A DNA stretch of 64,000 nucleotides from Actinomycetes bacterium (lineage in GTDB: Bacteria; Actinomycetota; Acidimicrobiia; Acidimicrobiales; Bog-793), in the NCBI GenBank assembly GCA_021838945.1, contig JAKCCH010000003.1, positions 792-64,791 of the forward strand, in the 5' to 3' direction. Position 1 is the stretch's first letter; each line of letters begins with the position of its first letter. Shown here piece after piece: positions 33,921 through 45,313 of the stretch. The notes under the pieces were generated by a model. The model searched no databases. It worked only from the letters and a program-made list of their open reading frames with translations, and was not told the DNA's origin. Both the position numbers and the translations under genes were made by a program.

Positions 33921-34916
33921 TCAGCCGAATTCGACAGCGGAGTACGTCCGCAACTTGTGCAGCTTGTGGCGAGCCTCGACCAGACGGACGGTTCCCGACT
34001 TCGACCGCATCACGAGCGACTGCGTCGTCGCACCGCGACTGTCGTACCGCACCCCCCTGAGCAGCTCCCCACCGCTGATCCCGGTCGCCGCGAAAAAGCA
34101 GTTGTCGCCCTGCACCAGGTCGTCGGTCGTGAGCACGAGGTCGATGTCGTAGCCCGCCGCCTCGGCTGCAGCACGCTCCTCGGCGCTGCGGGGCCAGAGG
34201 CGGCACTGCATCTCGCCCCCCATGCACTTGAGCGCGGCAGCCGCCAGCACGCCCTCTGGCGTTCCCCCCGTCCCGATCAACACGTCGACGCCGGACTCGG
34301 GCCAGCTCGTGGCGATCGCGCCGGCCACATCGCCGTCCGTGATGAGCTGGACGCGCGCTCCCGTCTCTCGCACCTCGTGGATCAGCCCCTCGTGCCGGGG
34401 ACGATCCAGGATCACGACGGTGAGGTCGCGCACGACGGAGTGCTTCGCGTCGGCGACCGCTTGGAGGTTCTCCTTCGCGCTCTTGCGGACGTCGATGGAG
34501 CCGGCGGCGTCGGGACCGACGGCGAGCTTCTCCATGTAGACGCACGGGCCGGGATCGAACATGGTGCCCCGCTCGGAGACGGCGATGACCGACAGGGCTC
34601 CCGCCCGGCCGAGGGCGGTGAGGGTCGTGCCGTCGATCGGGTCGACGGCGATGTCCGTCTGCGGTTCGCTGCCGTCGCCGATGCGCTCCCCGTTGAAGAG
34701 CATCGGCGCGTCGTCCTTCTCGCCCTCGCCGATGACCACGATGCCGTCCATGGGCACGCTGTGCAGCACGACGCGCATCGCGTCGACGGCGGCGGCATCC
34801 GCGCCGGCTTTGTCGCCGCGGCCCAGCCAGCGGCCGGCGGCGAGAGCGGCCGCCTCGGTGACCCTGACGAGCTCCATGGCCAGGTTGCGGTCAGGGGCTT
34901 GTCGTTGCTCTGTCAC
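33921..34916 (-). CDS. glpX: Class II fructose-1,6-bisphosphatase
   Basis: 331 aa with a GTG start. ...[12 protein letters not shown]...DGDVAGAI...[23 protein letters not shown]... matches the GlpX family. Confidence 0.94.
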   Translation of the reverse strand: MTEQRQAPDRNLAMELVRVTEAAALAAGRWLGRGDKAGADAAAVDAMRVVLHSVPMDGIVVIGEGEKDDAPMLFNGERIGDGSEPQTDIAVDPIDGTTLTALGRAGALSVIAVSERGTMFDPGPCVYMEKLAVGPDAAGSIDVRKSAKENLQAVADAKHSVVRDLTVVILDRPRHEGLIHEVRETGARVQLITDGDVAGAIATSWPESGVDVLIGTGGTPEGVLAAAALKCMGGEMQCRLWPRSAEERAAAEAAGYDIDLVLTTDDLVQGDNCFFAATGISGGELLRGVRYDSRGATTQSLVMRSKSGTVRLVEARHKLHKLRTYSAVEFG

Positions 34917-34956
34917 GCAGGCGAACGTTAGTGGGCGGGGGGCTATCGTCGCCCGG

Positions 34957-36222
34957 ATGGAGCGTTTCTTCGTGGGGCCTTCTGGGCCGCTGTTCGGCCG
35001 GATCGAGATCTACGGAGCGAAGAATTCCGTCCTCAAGTGCATGGCTGCGACGCTGCTGGCGCCGGGCGATCACCTGATCGGCAACGTGCCCGCGATCACC
35101 GACGTGGCGATCGTCCGAGACCTGCTCGCGGCCATGGGGGTCGACTGCCGACACTCGGGTAGCGGCGTGTCCGGGCGCCTCGGCATCACCGTCCCGACCG
35201 ACGTCGTGCCGATCGCGCCCTACGAGCTGGTCGAGAAGATCCGGGCCTCCATCGTCGTGCTCGGGCCCCTGCTCTCCCGCTACGGCTACGCCCGCGTCTC
35301 GCTGCCCGGCGGTGACGACTTCGGGCACAGGCCGATCGACATGCACCTGCGGGCGTTCGAGGAGCTCGGCGCGACGTTCACAACCGAGCACGGCTACGTC
35401 GAGGGTCGCTGCGACCGCCTCACCGGCACCCGTGTCGTGCTCGAGTTCCCGAGCCACACGGCCACAGACAACGTCATGATGGCGGCCACGCTCGCCAAGG
35501 GCACGACCGTGATCGAGAACGCCGCCCGCGAGCCCGAGGTCACCGACCTCGCGGACATGTTGCGCAACATGGGCGCGAGGATCGAGGGCGCCGGCACCTC
35601 CCGCATCGAGATCGAGGGGGTGGACGAGCTGCGCCCCGGATCGCACATCGCCATCCCGGACAGGGTCGAGGCAGCCACCTACTTGGCGGCAGTCGGGCTG
35701 GCCGGCGGCGAGATCGAGCTGCTCCACGCCCGAGCCGACCACATGGAGATGCTGCTCGAGAAGCTCGCCCTCATCGGTGTCCACACCGTCGACACCGGCA
35801 GCAGCATCGTCGCCCGCGCAACCCATCCGCTTCGCTCGGTCGACATCTCGACCCTGCCGTATCCCGGGGTGGCGACCGATTACAAGCCGTTCCTCGTCAC
35901 CATGTTGGCCATCGCCGACGGCGTCGCCATCGTGACGGAGAACATTTTCGCGGGGCGCTTCCGCTACGTCGACGAGCTGCGGCGCATGGGTGCCGACATC
36001 ACCACGCGGGGGCATCACGCCATCGTGCGCGGAGTGCCGCGTCTGTCCGGCGCACCGGTGCGCTCACCGGACATCCGGGCCGGTGCGGCTCTCGTCCTCG
36101 CAGGCCTCGTCGCCGACGGCGTCACCGAGGTCGCAGGAGCGGCGCACATCGACCGGGGATACGAGGACCTGGGCGGGCGGCTCGCCTCGCTCGGTGCGGA
36201 TGTGCGGCGGGGAGACGCGTGA
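34957..36222 (+). CDS. murA: UDP-N-acetylglucosamine 1-carboxyvinyltransferase
   Basis: Track ORF 34561-36222 trimmed to the ATG at 34957 ([35 protein letters not shown]...). The active-site loop reads [16 protein letters not shown]. Confidence 0.94.
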   Translation: MERFFVGPSGPLFGRIEIYGAKNSVLKCMAATLLAPGDHLIGNVPAITDVAIVRDLLAAMGVDCRHSGSGVSGRLGITVPTDVVPIAPYELVEKIRASIVVLGPLLSRYGYARVSLPGGDDFGHRPIDMHLRAFEELGATFTTEHGYVEGRCDRLTGTRVVLEFPSHTATDNVMMAATLAKGTTVIENAAREPEVTDLADMLRNMGARIEGAGTSRIEIEGVDELRPGSHIAIPDRVEAATYLAAVGLAGGEIELLHARADHMEMLLEKLALIGVHTVDTGSSIVARATHPLRSVDISTLPYPGVATDYKPFLVTMLAIADGVAIVTENIFAGRFRYVDELRRMGADITTRGHHAIVRGVPRLSGAPVRSPDIRAGAALVLAGLVADGVTEVAGAAHIDRGYEDLGGRLASLGADVRRGDA

Positions 36223-37292
36223 GCGATCCAGCGCGAAGACGGCCGGCAGATCCGGCCGAGCTCCTCCGACAGGCGTCCGGTGGCGCCGACGGCGACCGCC
36301 GGTCCCTCGCCCGGCTTATCTCGATCGTCGAGCGCGGCGGAGGTGCGGCGCGCGACCTGAGCCGCCTCACCTACCCGAGGTCCGGTTCGTCCTATTCAGT
36401 CGGCCTGACGGGGGCGCCCGGCTCCGGCAAGTCGACCTTGACTGGGCGCCTCGTCGCCCACGCACTGAAGCAGACCGGCGCGCCGGTGGCGGTGCTGGCC
36501 ATCGACCCGTCTTCACCGCTCTCGGGTGGTGCCATCCTCGGCGACCGGGTGCGGATGCAGGACCACGCCCTCGACCGGAACGTGTTCATCCGCTCGATGG
36601 CGACACGAGGCCATCTCGGCGGGTTGGCTGCGGCAGTACCGGATGCGTTTCGGATCCTCGATGCCGCGGGATGGCCGCTCGTGCTCGTCGAGACCGTCGG
36701 GGTGGGTCAGGTCGAGGTCGAGGTCGCCGGGACCTGCGACACCGTCGTGGTGGTGCTCAACCCTGGCTGGGGAGACGCCGTCCAGGCGAACAAGGCCGGG
36801 TTGCTCGAGGTCGCCGACATCCTCGTCATCAACAAGGCGGACCGGCCCGGGGTCCGCGAGACGCGGCGCGACCTCGTCCACATGCTCCAGCTCACGGGCG
36901 AGCTCGATTGGATGCCCCCGATCGTGGAGACCGTCGCCTCGACTGGTGACGGCGTCCACGACCTCTGGGAAGCCATCTGCTCCCACCGGGACCATCTGGA
37001 GGAGAGTGGCGGCTTGGCGCGCCGGCGCGCTGCCCGCATGGCCGACGAGATGGAACGGCTCACCTGCGACACGTTCGCTCACCTGGTGGGATGTGTGCTC
37101 GGCCGGCTCGGCCCGAAGGCGGCCGGTGTCGACGCATCTGTGCCCGAGGTCCGGGATGCCCTCGAGGCGGGAAGCTCGTTGATCGAACGGCTGGCGGCGC
37201 ACGAGCTCGACCCGCCGGCGGCGGCGGACGCGCTCGTGGCGCTCGTGGCGCAGCTGGCCGGCGGAGGAACCCAGTCGGGCGCGAGCGCCTAG
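36219..37292 (+). CDS. meaB: MeaB/ArgK-type G3E P-loop GTPase (methylmalonyl-CoA mutase chaperone family)
   Basis: 357 aa with a GTG start overlapping the murA stop (GTGA). Motifs are Walker A GAPGSGKST, VETVGVGQ and NKAD. Confidence 0.88.
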   Translation: MSDPARRRPADPAELLRQASGGADGDRRSLARLISIVERGGGAARDLSRLTYPRSGSSYSVGLTGAPGSGKSTLTGRLVAHALKQTGAPVAVLAIDPSSPLSGGAILGDRVRMQDHALDRNVFIRSMATRGHLGGLAAAVPDAFRILDAAGWPLVLVETVGVGQVEVEVAGTCDTVVVVLNPGWGDAVQANKAGLLEVADILVINKADRPGVRETRRDLVHMLQLTGELDWMPPIVETVASTGDGVHDLWEAICSHRDHLEESGGLARRRAARMADEMERLTCDTFAHLVGCVLGRLGPKAAGVDASVPEVRDALEAGSSLIERLAAHELDPPAAADALVALVAQLAGGGTQSGASA

Positions 37293-37493
37293 TGGCCGTG
37301 TAGGGCCGGGTTCTCTCACGCACGTCGAACGGGCCAGCCTCGGGTGCCGTGCCGCCTACGCCGTGCCGCTTACCCGTGCCGCATCGCGAGAGCATCGGCA
37401 TCTGTCACGGAACTTGCACCTATGCCCTACCTAATTTCGTGACGCGGCCGCCGGCGAAGCTGAATCAGGCGTGCCCGCTACACGGAGACGGAG

Positions 37494-38777
37494 TCAGTCC
37501 ACGGCCCGCACGAGCAGCCAGTTGCGCCGGCCACGGCGAACGAGCACCCAGCCACCGGGCTCGGCGAGCTCCCCGAGGTCGAACGTGGCCGTCGGCTCGA
37601 CAGCCTTGTCGCCGACGTAGAGCCCCCCACCGGCGGCCACCCGACGTGCCTCGTTGAGGGACGGCACGAGGCCGCCCCGGACGGCGACCTCCGCAACCGG
37701 CATACCGTCGAGCTCCTTGCGGCTCAGGCGGAGCGCGCCCACCTCACGCTCGACGAGGTCGAGGGCGGGCTCGTCGAGCGCCTCGCCCGCCTCGCCGCCG
37801 CGGCCGAACAACACGCCGGCAGCCTGCTCGGCGGCCCGGGCCAGCTCTGCCCCGTGCACCCACGCAGTGACGTCGTTCGCGAGGGCACGCTGGGCCTCCC
37901 GGGCCGGCGGGTTGGCGGCGTGCCGGACAACGAGCGCACGGATCTCGTCAACCGGCCGCTCGCAAAAGCGCATGAGCATCTGCTCCACGTCCGCGTCGTC
38001 GGTGTTGAACCAGAACTGCCAGAGCTCGAACGGGCTCGTCAACTCGCGGTCGAGCCACAAGTTGCCCCCGGCCGACTTCCCGAACTTCGTGCCGTCAGCT
38101 TTCGTGAGCAGCGGGAACACGAGGCCCCAGGCCTGGCTCCCATCCCTGCGGCGCATGTAGTCGATACCGGCCGTGATGTTGCCCCACTGATCGGTCCCAC
38201 CGATCTGGAGCTCGACCTCCTCGTGCGTTCGCAGCCACCAGAAGTCGTATCCCTGCAGCAGTTGGTACGAGAATTCCGTGAAGGTGAGCCCACTCGGGGA
38301 CTCACGCCGCTGCCGGACCGATTCGCGGTTGAGCATGATGCTCACGGGGAAGTGGACCCCGACCTCCCTGAGGAACGTCAGCATCGGCATGCGCCCCAGC
38401 CAGTCCCGGTTGTCGAGGACGAGCGCGTCGTCACCGACGAGATGGCGGATCTGCGCTCCGAGGCTCTCCCGGTAGTCGTCGAGAACCTCCTCGGAGAGGA
38501 GGTTCCGTTCATCCGACCGGCCCGTCGGGTCACCGATCATCCCGGTAGCGCCGCCGATCACGCAGACGGGAGCGTGCCCGTGCGCACGGAAGCGCCGGAC
38601 GAGGAACAGCGGGATGAGCGACCCGACGTGCAGGGAAGCCGCGGACGGATCGAAGCCGATGTAGAGCCGGGCAGGACGGGACACCTCGGCGAGGCGTCGA
38701 TCCAAGGCCTCGAGATCGGTGCAATCGGCGATCAGCCCTCGCGCCTCGAGCTCCTGCAACCATGCCGACGCGGCCAT
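37494..38777 (-). CDS. tyrS: Tyrosine--tRNA ligase
   Basis: 427 aa with the HIGH-type motif SLHVGS, the KMSKS-type motif KFGKS and a C-terminal S4-like domain. Confidence 0.95.
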   Translation of the reverse strand: MAASAWLQELEARGLIADCTDLEALDRRLAEVSRPARLYIGFDPSAASLHVGSLIPLFLVRRFRAHGHAPVCVIGGATGMIGDPTGRSDERNLLSEEVLDDYRESLGAQIRHLVGDDALVLDNRDWLGRMPMLTFLREVGVHFPVSIMLNRESVRQRRESPSGLTFTEFSYQLLQGYDFWWLRTHEEVELQIGGTDQWGNITAGIDYMRRRDGSQAWGLVFPLLTKADGTKFGKSAGGNLWLDRELTSPFELWQFWFNTDDADVEQMLMRFCERPVDEIRALVVRHAANPPAREAQRALANDVTAWVHGAELARAAEQAAGVLFGRGGEAGEALDEPALDLVEREVGALRLSRKELDGMPVAEVAVRGGLVPSLNEARRVAAGGGLYVGDKAVEPTATFDLGELAEPGGWVLVRRGRRNWLLVRAVD

Positions 38778-38866
38778 CGATTCAGGCTAGTGGACGCCGG
38801 AGAGCCCACTTCGCCCGGGATCCGTACGGGTGCCGCGCACACAGAGCCCAGCGCCCGGCAGTGAGC

Positions 38867-41278
38867 TCAGCGGTGCTCGGCCGCCTCCACGAGCTCCCGC
38901 CACCGGGTGAGCCTTTCCTCCCTCTCGGCGACGAAACGCTCGATCGCCCGCACGATGTGCCCCAAGTCGAGATGCGCCTCCTCGATGACCTCGTCCACCG
39001 ACCCGCCTGTGCGCCAGCGGTCGTCGAAGTCGGCGGAGAGCGAGTACTCCCGCACGATGGGCCCTCCGGCCCACTCCCGCATCGCCTTGTATGCACCGTT
39101 CGTCACGACCATGGCATCGATCGAGTCGCCGGGAGCTACGACGGACGAGCGGTACTCCTCGGGCTGCATGGCGAAGAGCTGGGGGCTCAGCGCAGCCACG
39201 ACCTTGACGTTGAGTCCGAGCCGGTCCAGCTCCGGCAGCGCGGCCACGAGGTTGTGGGTCGGCATCGTCCCGCGCACGAAGACCGTGCCCGCCTTCGGGC
39301 TGCCGTCCCGCCATGGGCGCAGCACATAGGCACCGCGGGCGGCGGCGAAGTGGGACGGCATGCCGAGCGCTTCGCGATCGGGGATCTCGATCGCGGGTCT
39401 TGTCAGATGAAGGGCCACGATCGGGACGGAGGTGCGGAAGGCCGCTCCGAGCATCACCGGCACCTCGTTGTGCTCCCACGGGTGCAGGTCGATCACATGA
39501 CCCTCCGGGAAGAGCTGGGTGACGCCTGTCTCGACGATGCCGAAGTGCGTGCGCGAGTCCTCGGCCGTCTCGGGGCCTGAGTGCCCCGCAACCCAGAGCA
39601 GACGGCCCGTGCGCAGCTCGCAGTCCTGCGCGAGCTGGCTGAACAGGCGCATCGGGCCGTAGTTCAGGTAGACGAACGAGCCGTAGGTCGACGTCGCTCC
39701 CCAGAAGCCGTCGAAGCTGTCGAAAGGATCCGAGGCGAGGTCGACGGTTGCCAGACCGGCCATCATCCCTGCATTGGCGAACTCGGTGATCTCGGTCGGC
39801 AGCAGGGTCCCGGTCGGGTTCTCGTCGCGCTCGTACCATCCGTAACCCGGCAGATCGCCGAAGCCCGCGGCGAAGCCGGCGAGGTTCGTCGACTGGGCGA
39901 GGTCGGCCGAGCAGGCGATGAAGACCGGGCGCCCGTAGTCGCGCTTCGCGATCGAGTTCACATAGGAGCCCCACGCTGCGAGACCGGCCCGGTTCGGCGC
40001 CTTCTCACCGGGCTTCTTCCACATCGACGCCGGGAAGTGCTCGAAGTCCGTGAGGCGCGAGTCCTCGAAGACGGCAGAGGAGCGCCCTCCGAGCCGGAAT
40101 CCGTCGATGTTCTCGGGGACCGCGTCGGCGACGGCGCACAACCTGTCGGACAGCCACTCGACGAGCCCTTCCTCCTTGCGCATGACGTCCATGACCACGC
40201 GGAAGTTGGCGGATGCCTGGGCCAGCTGCGCGTCGACGTCCTTCGGCATCGGCTCGTCGACACCTTCGTACTCGACGCCATAGCGGCTCATGAACTCCTT
40301 GCGCACGGCCCAGAACTCGGGTGCATGGGCCGGCCACGGCGTGCCGTGGCTGGCGGCGTCGTACTTGCCGTAGCCGCGCCCCTTCCTCGTCCTGAACCAG
40401 GCCACGCTCGGCCGGCGCTCCGGATTGGCGCCGCAGGCGGCGTCGAGCACGGCGTGCATGAGCGGTCCCCACTCCGAGCCCTCCATCGTTCCGGTGACTC
40501 TCCATCCGTACGGGCTGAACCAGTCGACCGGGGTGCCGTTCACGACGCTCGAGGCGGGGCGCGGGTCGATTCCGTAGTCGTTCCAGTCCACGAGGAACAC
40601 GAGATTCGACAGCCCAAGGCCGAAGGCCGCGTTCTTCGTCTCGTGCGAGGCGCCCGGCGTGAGGCCGCCCTCGCCCTCGACGAGGAACACCTTCACGTCC
40701 TCGGCCCCGGCGAGCTTGAGGGCGAGCGCCTCGCCGGCCGCCGGTGCCATCCCGTGTCCCGACGGTCCGGTGTTGAACTTGAGGAAGAGCGTCTTCCCCT
40801 CCATCTCCGCGTGGCCGGGCAGCCCGCCGCGGTGACGGAACTTGAGCAGCGTCTCCCAGGTGAGGGCGAACTCGCCGTCACGTGGGAACGAGAACCTCTC
40901 CTCGCCGCTCTGCTCGTGGCGTGCCCGCATCCCCTCGTTGAGGACGGCGAGGGTGGCATACACGAGCGGTGCCGTATGACCGGCGCCGAGCACGAACCGG
41001 TCCGAGAAACGCAGCCACGGCCGCCGCACATCCCACCGCATCGCTCCCGACAGAAGAAGCGACAGCATCATGTGGACCTTTGAGCGTGAGCCGCCGGGGT
41101 GTCCGCTCTGGCGGTAATTGAGGGTGAGGTCGATGCACTCGTCGACGAGCGTCTTGAGCGTCTCGTAGTGGCCGAGATCCGGCTCGGCGACCTGGAACAG
41201 GCGGTGGACCTCGTCCTCGCTACCAGGCCCAGCGCGCCGCGCTGCGAGGTGGGCGGTGTCGTTCCGAAGTGTTGGCAT
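38867..41278 (-). CDS. Transketolase-family ThDP-dependent enzyme, atypically long (803 aa)
   Basis: N-terminal transketolase PP-domain motifs are QSGHPGGSRSK, DRFVLGAGHTAPLVYA, TGPSGHGMAPAAG and the ThDP/Mg site VEGEGGLTPGASHE...DWNDYGID. Pyr and C-terminal domains follow a long linker. The specific reaction is unknown. Confidence 0.75.
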   Translation of the reverse strand: MPTLRNDTAHLAARRAGPGSEDEVHRLFQVAEPDLGHYETLKTLVDECIDLTLNYRQSGHPGGSRSKVHMMLSLLLSGAMRWDVRRPWLRFSDRFVLGAGHTAPLVYATLAVLNEGMRARHEQSGEERFSFPRDGEFALTWETLLKFRHRGGLPGHAEMEGKTLFLKFNTGPSGHGMAPAAGEALALKLAGAEDVKVFLVEGEGGLTPGASHETKNAAFGLGLSNLVFLVDWNDYGIDPRPASSVVNGTPVDWFSPYGWRVTGTMEGSEWGPLMHAVLDAACGANPERRPSVAWFRTRKGRGYGKYDAASHGTPWPAHAPEFWAVRKEFMSRYGVEYEGVDEPMPKDVDAQLAQASANFRVVMDVMRKEEGLVEWLSDRLCAVADAVPENIDGFRLGGRSSAVFEDSRLTDFEHFPASMWKKPGEKAPNRAGLAAWGSYVNSIAKRDYGRPVFIACSADLAQSTNLAGFAAGFGDLPGYGWYERDENPTGTLLPTEITEFANAGMMAGLATVDLASDPFDSFDGFWGATSTYGSFVYLNYGPMRLFSQLAQDCELRTGRLLWVAGHSGPETAEDSRTHFGIVETGVTQLFPEGHVIDLHPWEHNEVPVMLGAAFRTSVPIVALHLTRPAIEIPDREALGMPSHFAAARGAYVLRPWRDGSPKAGTVFVRGTMPTHNLVAALPELDRLGLNVKVVAALSPQLFAMQPEEYRSSVVAPGDSIDAMVVTNGAYKAMREWAGGPIVREYSLSADFDDRWRTGGSVDEVIEEAHLDLGHIVRAIERFVAEREERLTRWRELVEAAEHR

Positions 41279-41355
41279 ACACGCCAGACTTCAGCAGATT
41301 CCGGCGCGGATGGCCAGAGCCGAAGGTCCCCTGCCCGAAATGGCGTGCTCAACCA

Positions 41356-42297
41356 TCACACCCGGCGCTCCATGAGCACGAAGTCGTGCTCTCGCCGGAA
41401 GCGCGGCAGGACGCCGATCACCTCGTAGCCCCGCGAGCGGTACAGCGCCTCGGCCGGGCCACCGGCGCGAGTCTCGAGGCGCACAGTGGGGCAGCCGCGT
41501 TCGCGCGCCAGCTGCTCGGTCGCGCGGAGGAGGTGCGACCCGACGCCGTGATGGCGCCAGTGTGCCGCCACGATGAGGTTGCCGAGCCGGCAGTAGTCGG
41601 GCCGGATCTGACCGGTGGCCGTGCCGACGATCTCACCGGAGATGCGAGCCGTGACGGCGAACGGCTCGTCGCGGGAGGCCTCGCCGTAGGTCTCCGACGC
41701 GTAGCTCGCCCACTCGCTCTCCTGGAACGCCTCAGCCGCCGGATCCAGCGCCTCGCTGACCGCGAGCTCGACGGCGAGGCCCCCCGTGCCGACGACACGC
41801 GGCCGGCAGAGGCTCGCCGTCGCGATCGGCCGCCAGACGCGCCGGTCAGACGACTCGTCCATCTGCAGCGTCGTGACGTGCTCGAGCGTGACCGAGGCGC
41901 GGTACTCCGCCAGAGCCGAGAGCGCCGCCGGGATCCTTCCCGGGTCGATGTGCTGGTCCAGGGTGACGTGGGGGACGAACGGGCGCCGGTCATCCCGCCA
42001 CAGCGGCCCGGTCGACAGCCCGTCCCGTAGCGACGAGACGAGGTCGAGGTCGCCACCGACCTCGAGATAAACGACGGGAGCGTGCGGCCAGAAGGTCGCC
42101 GGCGGACCGAGGTCGAGCCGGATCCGAGAAAGGCGCGCGGCGACCTGCCGCACGAGCTCCAAGGCTTCGTCGATGGCTCCCTCCGCCACGTTGACCGGCG
42201 GGACCAGTGTGAGGTGCGGCGGGATGCGGTGGAGGGCTGCAGCACCGAGCGCGCGCCGCATCCCGTCGATCTCCCTCGCGACGTCACCGGTGACCAC
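41356..42297 (-). CDS. Fusion protein: 2H phosphoesterase (LigT / 2'-5' RNA ligase-like) N-domain plus GNAT N-acetyltransferase C-domain
   Basis: 313 aa with a GTG start. Two H-x-T-x motifs (PPHLTLVPP and VPHVTLDQH) define a 2H fold. The C-terminal half has the GNAT motif A region NLIVAAHWRHHGVGSHLLRATEQLARERG. The start may lie slightly upstream (non-canonical). Confidence 0.75.
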   Translation of the reverse strand: MVTGDVAREIDGMRRALGAAALHRIPPHLTLVPPVNVAEGAIDEALELVRQVAARLSRIRLDLGPPATFWPHAPVVYLEVGGDLDLVSSLRDGLSTGPLWRDDRRPFVPHVTLDQHIDPGRIPAALSALAEYRASVTLEHVTTLQMDESSDRRVWRPIATASLCRPRVVGTGGLAVELAVSEALDPAAEAFQESEWASYASETYGEASRDEPFAVTARISGEIVGTATGQIRPDYCRLGNLIVAAHWRHHGVGSHLLRATEQLARERGCPTVRLETRAGGPAEALYRSRGYEVIGVLPRFRREHDFVLMERRV

Positions 42298-42328
42298 GAG
42301 CGCGACCGTCAGGCGCCGGCGCGCCCGA

Positions 42329-42906
42329 TCAGGAACCGCCTGACACCTCCACGCCGGCGGCCTCGAGACGGACCTCGGCGCGCCGCAGCGCCACCTCCGG
42401 GTCGTCGGGGAAGAGCATCGCCTTCAGGGCAGCCGACGGCTCGACATCCTCGGCCTCGTGGGCGGCCGCCTGGGCGCCGAGGTCGGCTCCGGCGCGTTCG
42501 GTCGCTGCCGCGGCGGGGCGGTCGCCGGCAGCCTCGCCGCCGGCCGTCCTCGCAGCCTCGAGCGCCAGCCGAGCCCGGTCGACGTCGATCTCGTCGGCCG
42601 CTTCGGCGACCGAAGCCAGCACCGTCACCTTGTTGCCGGCGACGTGGACGAAGCCGCCGTGCACCGCCGCCCGGAACTCCCCCGAGGAGCCGGCGATGCC
42701 CGGGCCATGTGCGCCGTCGCCGTCGCCGGGTCCACCGACAGTCCCGGCCGGCGCGATCCGCAGCACGGTGATGTCGACGGCCCCGACGAAAGGAGCATGG
42801 TTCGGCAGGAACATGATCTCGCCGCCGTCCGTGCGCAGGACGACCTGGTCCGCCTCCCCCGAGAACAGCACGCGCTCCGGTGTGACGAGCTCGGCCCGGG
42901 TCGGCA

Positions 42907-42907
<1 letters not shown>
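42329..42907 (-). CDS. atpC: F-type ATP synthase epsilon subunit (long form, 192 aa)
   Basis: GTG start. LVTPERVLFSGEADQVVLRTDGGEIMFLPNHAPFVGAV...GGFVHVAGNKVTVLASVAEAADEIDVDRARLALEAA matches the epsilon beta-sandwich plus helix, with a Gly-rich insertion and a long C-terminal tail. Confidence 0.9.
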
Positions 42908-45308
<2,401 letters not shown>

Positions 45309-45313
45309 GGTCG

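Noticed and set aside
32946-34931. 661-aa plus-strand ORF
   Set aside because: It is antisense to treS, echA and glpX. The composition is Arg/Ala/Gly/Pro-rich.
38787-39974. 395-aa alternative-frame ORF inside the transketolase-family gene
   Set aside because: It is on the same strand but in a different frame from an 803-aa ORF that carries ThDP motifs. The product is Arg/Gly/Pro-rich.
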